Below, in pieces: positions 54,696 to 64,000 of a stretch of DNA of 64,000 bases. The position numbers were made by a program, and so were the translations under genes. Source of the stretch: the human T2T-CHM13v2.0 reference genome, Homo sapiens. Every line of letters begins with the position of its first letter. Position 1 is the stretch's first letter. The notes below the pieces were generated by a model that was given only the letters and a program-made list of their open reading frames with translations, searched no databases and was not told the origin of the DNA. Location of the stretch: the NCBI RefSeq assembly GCF_009914755.1, contig NC_060947.1; one strand, 5' to 3'.

Positions 54696-56680
54696 GCACG
54701 TCCTCTTGCCAGCACAGAATATCTGTTATTTTCAATGACTTTTAAAAAGAAAACTTAACCTGTGAGGACATTGAACACTGGTTACGAGTGAAGCTTCTAC
54801 TTATGGAAGGTGGCAGTTCTGGCAAACAAAATATAAATCAGTTAATCTCTTGTGATGAAGACATTCTTAGAGACCTTTCTTTCTATAAGTAGTCCTGGGA
54901 AAATGTTTTGACTATAGCATTCCTAGAAAGTGAATTGACCTCCTACAGAGTTTCAACACCAGGTATTACAAGAAAATTGTGGTTCACACACTTTGTTCAA
55001 ATTATCTTCAGATTAATACAATTTGCATACATATACCTAATTGTCCAAATGTAACAATAAGCCTAGAGAATCCCACGTAAGTTGCTTTGGGCCTGTTTGT
55101 TAACGGACTGTGGGGCCCATATTTAAGATCTTTCATTGCTATTTTTGCTAATTGCCATCCTGTTTTTAGTTTAAGCATACTCTGGAAACCACTATTTTAT
55201 TGCATTGCTTCCACTAGTTCAGAGAATCAAAATCTCTGCCAAGATAATCTACAGTATTTCTGCCCAGATGCTACCTATCCTATGTGGAGATTCAACTGGG
55301 TTAGCTAATTTTTTTCATAAACACGAAATAAATCACTTAAAACACAAGCTATCTCAAAATCTTTAATACAGTTTCAAAGATGTAGGTCAGAACATTTTCA
55401 AGACAACACTTCTTGGACATATTTCACCAAGTAACTGACAAGACTATTGGGAAATTAGTACTCTCATTAAAAAATATATTGCAGTTGCTCAGTATTTATT
55501 AAAAAACAAGAAAGGAGGAAATATGAACATTGTCATATGGCCTTTATCACCTGCATTATTCAGAAATGCTATATGTATTTGAGGCGTTGATACATCTCTA
55601 TTCGCAAAACCAATTGCAGTCTTTCCTTGAACTACTCCCTATTGAGTATCCCCACTTTTGTTAGTCTGAACGAAGCCTTGGCAAACGAAACTTGTTATCT
55701 TTTATCAGAAAAAGTCAAAACCATGGACACGTTTGTCTTGACCACTGACTTCAAGAATACCCATGTGCTTTGCCAAGGACGGCATCTAGATAATAATACT
55801 ATAATATTACTATAAAATATTTTCTTTTATTATTGAAAACCCAGTTTGAACCTTGAGCAAGTCATTTACATGCTGTTTCTTTGGGATTACCTACATTCTT
55901 GTCCACTCTGACCTTGTAATATTTCTCACAGTTGGAAATGTAATGCAGAGTGACTAAGATAATGTTGTTTACACAGACTCTAAGTGGAGTGACATTATAG
56001 TCAAGCAAGTGTCACATCACCCAATGTGAAGGAAGACTTAATTACCATAATCCTGTGAATACTAAAATTTCTTAGCCACGTGTAGCATAATAATGTAATG
56101 TTTTGCATGTACATTTAATAATGCAAAGGTGTCTCAGGCTGTGTGTTTCTTTAAAAATGAAAGCAAAGTGGGATTACAGAAAGAAAATAGACTTTTGAAA
56201 TTGGAGGATACTTATCTGAATGTTCAGGTGAAGTCTGTCGTTTCTTTTAAACTCCAAAGAGTTGCCTAGTGATGTGAAAATGAAGGGACTGCTGAAATAT
56301 CTATAAATCTATACACCAATGAGTAGGGTGACAGACCATGAATTTCTCTGGAGGGCACAGGGTAGATGCAACTAAATGACTGAGACAGGATAAAGAGGAA
56401 AGGCTCATAACCACCTATTATTGTGCAATGGGGAACATATCATTAATTTACAAAAGAGTGGTGACATTTTCTAAAATTGTATAGCCCTATTCTTAAAAGT
56501 TTGTCAGTGTAACTAATTAGTTTCTAAAATGGAGTTGACTCTAAGACCCAGTATGAATGCATTTGAAAAGGCAAGGCATTGTCCCTAAATTGGTAGGGTT
56601 TGTAATACATCTTGATGAATGCTACAAAAATAATGTTAAGAAATAGGACTATTATGGTTTGTAGTCCTTGAAGGAATTAT

Positions 56681-56693
56681 GTTCCATGGCAAC
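56681..56693. promoter_or_regulatory. Candidate RFX X-box
   Basis: GTTCCATGGCAAC (minus strand GTTGCCATGGAAC); motif match only. Confidence 0.35.
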
Positions 56694-57569
56694 GTGCCCT
56701 AAAGACATGTCCTGCTTTCTGTTTTTGATAACACTGAGTTTTCAATACAAAGAATTCAATTGCTCAATGGGTTCTTCTCCCAGTGTATGAGGACTCTAAA
56801 GATCTTTTGTTATTTTAGGCTATCATTGGAATTTTTGTTTTTAAACTAATGTTAATGTTCAAAAGAGGGCAAGTATAAAATGAATCAGCAATAAAATGTG
56901 AAGTTGTTTTAAAATAAATCCATTAGAAAGGTGAGATGTAAAAAATGTGTAGCTCAATCAATAGATTTATGTAAGTGATATTCATAATTTATGATTCAAA
57001 ATACTGTATCATCTGAGACAGTGTTCCAGATGTTTTTAAAAATGTGCAAAAGCTGTTAAAACATATAAAACATCGAAGCCTGTTAATAACAGCAGCCACG
57101 CTTTACAATTAGGAGAGTTTAAAAGGATTGTGAACTGATTTATCATTATAAAATACTCTTCCAATAGAGAATACTTTTTCTGAAATATATAAACAACATT
57201 TTCTTTGGTTTTCATTTGAACATTTTTATTTCAATTTGGACATTTTCCTTTTAGCTGGCTAGTCCTAGCCAAACAGTATGTTAGTGTAACATAGTTTGTC
57301 AACAGATCTGTATTGTTTTGTTGCTTTAAAATGAAACTAGTCTAAATTACAAAAATGGTGACGTTATATGCTTTATGCTGCAAGTTTTACAAATACCCAC
57401 TAAATCACATATTAATGTTTCTAACATATTAGGTATAAAGAAGGTAGTAGTTTTTATTTTTTATCATCAAATATACTTGGCATTATAGCACCCACTGTAT
57501 TCAGAACATTAAGTGAAGGGATTTGGAACATCTGATTGACACATCCCATTTAAAAATGGTGTATACATA

Positions 57570-57877
57570 GAGGCAGCCCTCCGTATCCATGGTTCTGCAT
57601 CCTTGGACTGAAAATATTTGAAAAGAAAAACAATATAAATAGCAAGACAGCAATACAAACAAATACAAATAAAGATTCAGTATACAACAATTTACATAGC
57701 ATCTACATTGTATTAGGTATTATAAGTAATTTAGAGATGAATTAGAGCATATAGAAGGATGGGCACAGGTTAAATGCAAATACTATGTCATTTTACATAA
57801 GGGACTTGAGCATCCATAGATTTTTGTATCTTTGGGGGTCCTGGAACCAATCCCCCTGGGATATCGAGTGATGACTA
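57570..57877 (-). mobile_element. MER2 (Tigger-family MITE)
   Basis: CCCTCCGTATCCATGG...ACATTGTATTAGGTATTATAAGTAAT...GGGGGTCCTGGAACCAATCCCCC. Confidence 0.85.
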
Positions 57878-58059
57878 TATTTTACTTTTTAGTAGCATTA
57901 AAATCACATTGTGCTTCCCATAGTTTATGAATGTCCAGCTCTCTGTCTTCAAAAATCACTCTGAATTTTGGAACTAAATTAGATACAATTAATGTAGGGT
58001 AAAACACTTTTTAATAACCTTGGGTTCAGCACAGAAGTGGTTAAAGGCAGTGTGTGTGT

Positions 58060-59020
58060 TTTTAAATACGCTTTTATTTTTAGGACAGTTTTAAAAATAA
58101 AATACAGAAAGAAAGCAAATACTGCACTGAGAGTTCCCATTCACCCCGTAGCCAGTTTCCTCTGTTGTTAACATCTTACAATTACAGAATCAGTTTGTCC
58201 TAACTAATGAACCAGTATTGACACACTGTTAACTAAGTTTATACTTTACTCATATTTCTTCAGCTTTTCTCTAATGTTCTTTTCTGTTCCAAAATGTAGG
58301 ACATCACACTTTATTTAATCCGCGGGTCTCTTAAAGCTCCTCTCAGCTGTAACGGTTTCTCTCCTTGTTTTCAATGACCTTGATAGTTTTGAGGAGTAGT
58401 GGTCAGGTATTTGTAGGATGTCCCTCAACTGGGGTTCACCTGATGCTTTTTTCATGATTAAATTGGGGTTATGTGTTTTTGGGGGAAAGACCCCAGAGGC
58501 AAAATGCCATTTTCATCATATCATGTAAAGGGTATATACTATTGTTTTTTATTACTGTTGAGATTGACCTTGATCACGGGGCTCAGGAAGTATCTGTCAG
58601 GTTTTTCTATTGTAAAGTTTACTCTCTTTCTTTTTTTTTCTTTCTTTCTATATTATACTCTTTAGCAGTCTTTGGAAAGCACTCACTGTGCAAAATTATT
58701 TGGAATTCTTCTAAATGGGAGATTTGCCTTTTCTGTCCCATTTATGTATTTATTCAATTACTTATTTATATCAGCATAGACTTCTAGGTGTTTATTTTAT
58801 ACTTTGGGTTATAATCCAGTACTACAATATTTATTTTATTGCTTAAATTGTTTCAGCTTTGGCCATTGGGAACTCTTTCAGTAGGCTCCTGCGTACCTTT
58901 GACATGCCCCCAACATTGTGGATTTTTTCATACACTTCCTTACTTTCTTGCACTGGATGTTCCAGACTCATCTTGTATATTTCCTGCTCCAGTCCTGGAG
59001 TCAGAAACCATTTCTTCAAG
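58060..59020 (-). mobile_element. L1MC-type 3' UTR
   Basis: GAGAGTTCCCAT...GTTAACATCTTAC...TGACCTTGATAGTTTTGAGGAGTAGTGGTCAGGTATTTGTAG...CCAGACTCATCTTGTATATTTCCTG. Confidence 0.8.
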
Positions 59021-59399
59021 TTGTGGTTAGGAGAATTTTTGATCTGCTCAATCCTAAGAAAGTGCTAAAGGTGGCCAAAAAAGAGGGTCAGAGAGTCTCT
59101 CTTGGTTTCATTTTCTTGTTTGTCTCCTAAATTTTCCATCATCCTAGTAATGCACATAAGTCTTATTCTCTCACCATATGAATTTGCCCATTACTCTTAT
59201 AACATCCAGCAGCAAGAAAAGAATGAAAAGCCTCATAGTCTTCTACAGTCACACACCTTAATTTTCATGCATAGGTTTAGAAATATGCTATGTAACTCCA
59301 AGATACATGTCCTACCTGAAACCTATCCCCTTATCCAGCATCCCAATACACTACTTAATCTTCAGTTTGTGAGTCACTCTGGGATCATTTTATTTTTCT

Positions 59400-59618
59400 C
59401 AGAGAGGGTTTGGGGTCAAATAAATTTGGGAAATATGGGATTAAATAAAGGTAAACAAACTTGGTTACTGCAGGTCTTCTTGGAGCCTATAATTTGTTAA
59501 TTTGCTTTGTGATTCTATAGGAAAATATATTATATAGAAGATTTTCCAGTCTTTTTTGATTAAAGTAGCTTTTTGTTCTGGAAACTAGTATTCCATAAAA
59601 TGCACTTTAGGAAATGCC
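59400..59618. mobile_element. hAT-Charlie-type MER fragment
   Basis: GGTCAAATAAATTTGGGAAA...TAAACAAA...TTACTGCAGG...CACTTTAGGAAATGC. Confidence 0.5.
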
Positions 59619-59624
59619 ATACGA

Positions 59625-59830
59625 GTGGTAAAAGGCTGGAATTTGTCTTTGGAAATCTTGTGTTCAGTCCCTCACTGGACCATCTACTAGCTCTATGATC
59701 ACAAGCAAATCACTTAACATCTAGAAGTCTCTATTTTTTTAATCCATAAAATGAACCTAGGAATTTCTCTTCCAGGGTTGTTATGAAAAGCAAAAATGAG
59801 TAAAACCAAAACTTATAAGAATTCTTTGAA
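59625..59830 (+). mobile_element. MIR SINE
   Basis: TACTAGCTCTATGATCACAAGCAAATCACTTAACATCT...CCATAAAATG...CAGGGTTGTTATGA. Confidence 0.7.
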
Positions 59831-59849
59831 AATGCATAATTCAATGCAA

Positions 59850-59975
59850 ATTTCCTAAGCACTGTAAAGGTCGGGACCATCCCTTTGTTTTGCTAACCAT
59901 TGTCTCTTTAGTATCTAGCATATTTTCCTGGCATTTAGGTTTCAATATTCAATAAATATTTACTGAGCCATTGAA
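59850..59975 (+). mobile_element. L2 3' end
   Basis: TATCTAGCATATTTTCCTGGCAT...ATTCAATAAATATTTACTGAG. Confidence 0.6.
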
Positions 59976-61739
59976 TTATATTACTAACACTTACATTATT
60001 TTCTATTTCTCACCAAGTATCGTATAGCAGCTTATGACATTTTATAAATTACTTTTTGATATTAGAAGTCCATGTAACAAAATGCAGGCAGAAACATACA
60101 GTTGAAATGGCTATATATGCAAAAAAAGCCCCCAAACTTTTGATTCTAGCCTTTGTTTTGCTGAGCATGTGCTCCCAGCCAATGGCTGGCTGCATTCTGA
60201 TTAGTTTTCATTGCTTCAAGCTGACCAGATTTTCCTTTGAAATAAGGGCACTGAAGCTTTCACCTTAATTCTGTGGTGATGTAAAATTCCTGCTGCAGTC
60301 ACTGAGCTGGTGCTAGAAGAAGAGGAGCACCTGTGAGCACAGGCTGTCAGGAGGCCCTTGGAGCCCTAGAGTGTTGAGGCTACAGCTGCTGGGTTGAGAA
60401 GCAGTTGGAAGCGCTTTGTCACTCCTTCTTGTGCAACCACAGGAGATCCACTAAAGGATTTTTACTTTCTTTGGATGTACAATTTGTGCTATCAGGAGTT
60501 ATGGAAAGGATCTCTTTTATAAAATTGAAGACAGAGTGAAGCTTTGATGGGGGTGGCAAGTTAGGCCCTGTTAAGCAATATATTTTGGTGAGAATAGTTT
60601 GGAGATAGTAATAGGGCCCTCATGTCTCCCATTTTGCCCAGTTCCCCACAAACCAATGTATTCTGTACGTATTCCCAGAGGTAAACTTTTCAGTTTCTAG
60701 CTTCTCTTTACAGAGAATCAACTGGAGCATGTTTATTGTATTTGAATGTGAGAAGTTGTCAGCCTCCCTGGAAATGCTACGTTAATATTTGAAGTCCAGG
60801 AAGAACCATGTAGCTTTGGAAACTGCAAAAATATTTCAATCAAATTCTAGGCTTTGGGATTAGTGAGACAATGGTCAAGATCAGTTTAGGGGGTCTTTCC
60901 TTTCTTAATATTTAAATCAGAATTATATATACTAGCATACCTTTGTCCATTATGTAATTCATGAATGCTAGAAAACAGAAATGTTTTAGTTAAAAAAACT
61001 CTGTATGGGATAATGGTGGCCTAACATTTTCCACAGGTGTTGGTCGGAGTCAGAAATTCTCTAATGATAGTTAATTTTATGGCATTGCTGTTATTCACAC
61101 TCTGAAATAGCAATTTTCTCCCCATCTGTATCTCTCTTGCTCAAAAAATACAGACTTTAAGGCTTATATAAAATATGTGTTTCGGTGAGAAAGGGAGGGC
61201 TTAATATTAGACTATACAGTACTATGACTTTACTGCCTTATGGATTTATTATTATTCCCTGACGCCACACCTGAAACTACTGCTTTCTTTCAAAAGCTAG
61301 ACTACTCATTCGTAGTATCAACTGGTACTTTCATTTAAATTATTCACTACAGTTTTCCACCAAATATCTTAGTTCTTTATTTGATTGAAATGAATAGATG
61401 GACACTCTTGCAAGTATGTTCTTGACAATTTTGCAACTTTATTAGGTAAAATATAACCATCTTCTTTTAAATGATCAGTTATGGGAAGGAGTTTTAAGGG
61501 AATATTTCAAACTTAATCCATAAATTACATTTAGGAATCTTTCCTTGCACTTTACAAATTTATTGAGTTTACTGAACTTGTAGCAGCACAGCTAAATTCC
61601 AGCAACTGCAAAAATAATTAGTGACATTAAGTTGAAAATGTTGTAAACAAGTGAAGTTATTATTCATTCTGTACCACACTACAAATGTGGGAGGACAAGT
61701 TAAATGATAAATTAGGCATGAACTGCTTTAATCTGTAAA

Positions 61740-62360
61740 CTGAACATGTTAGCAAATGGCTTGCGTTTGTAATTAGTATTTATGGCCACAGGAGAGTGCC
61801 TCTTTAAAAACAGTGACAGAAAATTGATCAGTTTAGGTCGTCATAGCAACCAAAAAGTCCCATTGCTTCTGTTAGGTTTAGGTTATTATGCTATATACTC
61901 ATGCTTAGAAATATATTTATGAACTGTAAAGATAAACGATAAACTACTTAATAATGTAAAAGAGGTTGGGATGCCGAAATGCCAAACTGACAAAGTCCAA
62001 ATGAATACCGAATTACTCGATAACGAGCTTAAGTGTTCTGCGGTTGTCATGACATTTCTTTTACAAAGCAAATGATGCTGGAAAAAAAATCTTAAAACTA
62101 GACTAAAATGCAAATCCTTTTATGACAGTATGTGGTTGTCACGTTCATAATAACAGACAATAATTGATGATTTATAAGATGACACCATGGCAACAGAGTC
62201 TTTCATCATTGGCACCCCTTGGTTACTTTTATATTAGACGCTTGAGGATGCCTGTGAAAAGTTTCCAAGATGACATACAAGAAGATCTACTCTTATTAGC
62301 TCTCGTTTAAAACAGGGTGGAAGCATTGTCGAGATTTTGGAATCACCTGACAAAATAAAA
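61740..62360. promoter_or_regulatory. Candidate developmental enhancer (RFX, MEIS and PBX-HOX motif cluster)
   Basis: X-box-like motifs at 61837, 62043 and 62181; TGATTTAT at 62168; TTTTATGACAG at 62118; multiple TGACA; retained CpGs; no recognisable transposon. Confidence 0.45.
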
Positions 62361-62692
62361 GCTGGCAATGTCTCTGGTTAAAAAAAAACATCTCTGCTAA
62401 ACTAATTTATTCCCATGTAAGCACATTCAGTAGCTAAAATTGGACAGATTTGTTTTGGTCACTTAACCTTTCAAAGAAAGTCTGTAATGCCTCTCAAATT
62501 TGAGTGTAAGCTGTTAGGTTGTTTAAAATTATGGTGAATGATAATATCCTTATACAGGAGGCGGGAGAAGGGGAGAGGGAGTGCAGGAAACCTTGACCTT
62601 GCTTTTAACTCCTAAAAAGATGATTTTAAAAACAGAATTTTAGTGTTGAGGACTTTATGAAAGTGGAATAAATTTGTAATTAGATATTCTAA

Positions 62693-63080
<388 letters not shown>

Positions 63081-63140
63081 ATTATAGGGTATTTAAAATA
63101 TAGGAAATATAGTAAACCTCCTCTCTTGGTTTTATTGTCA

Positions 63141-63505
<365 letters not shown>

Positions 63506-64000
63506 ACTGGTTTCTCGATTATTCAGTCACTTATTTGATTGAACCAAAAGTCTAGACAATACGTTTTGAGGTTCTTTCCAGTGGAATTGTACTATAATTT
63601 ATAAGGGGTTGTAGAAACACCAACTATTTGAAATATTGAATATAAAATACTGAAACTACCACATTTAAATGACATAAGTGGAATATAACCATGTACATCA
63701 AAGTTAACCTCGTCTTTCTACATGAGGTTTTAAAAAATACGGCTTTGAGGATTTTTCTAAACACTTATTTCTTACATAATTTAAGCTTTTGTAAGGATAA
63801 AAATCCATAGTACTCATTTCCTTACGAACATCACATAACCAATTACATAAAGTAGGATCTCTGGTCATACTTTTTATTGATACATTCCCTACAAAGTGGT
63901 GTAAGGGATATAAAATCCTTAATTTAGGAGCCCCAACTATTCTTTGATGCAAAGAATCAGCAAAATTTGTTCCTAGTTAACAGTTAAGAAAATGGGGTTT

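Noticed and set aside
59102-59500. 132-aa ORF
   Set aside because: Non-ATG start, runs into a DNA-transposon remnant and has random-like composition.

Overview
AT-rich primate (most likely human) non-coding genomic DNA, intronic or intergenic. No intact protein-coding gene, RNA gene or CRISPR array is supported. The protein-like ORFs in the track are decayed L1 ORF1/ORF2, Tigger1 transposase or Alu translations. Recognisable content is transposon fossils: an ERV1 provirus 5' end with a tRNA-Pro primer site, two Tigger1 copies, a 5.4-kb twin-primed L1PA, several L1 3' ends, a solo LTR1, an MSTB LTR, 10 Alus/Alu monomers, and MIR, L2, MER2 and MER102-like elements. These are separated by multi-kb transposon-poor stretches carrying enhancer-like motif clusters. 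The most notable observations are: (1) a ~53-nt hairpin-forming MER4-type LTR fragment with an A-tail and TSDs, apparently retroposed by L1 (54326-54430); (2) two L1s stacked on one target site, one with a clear 3' transduction plus 5' inversion; (3) two Tigger1 copies sharing apparently private mutations; (4) an RFX/MEIS/PBX-HOX motif cluster near 62 kb. Repeat subfamily names come from recalled consensus sequences, not a database search. The host locus could not be identified.
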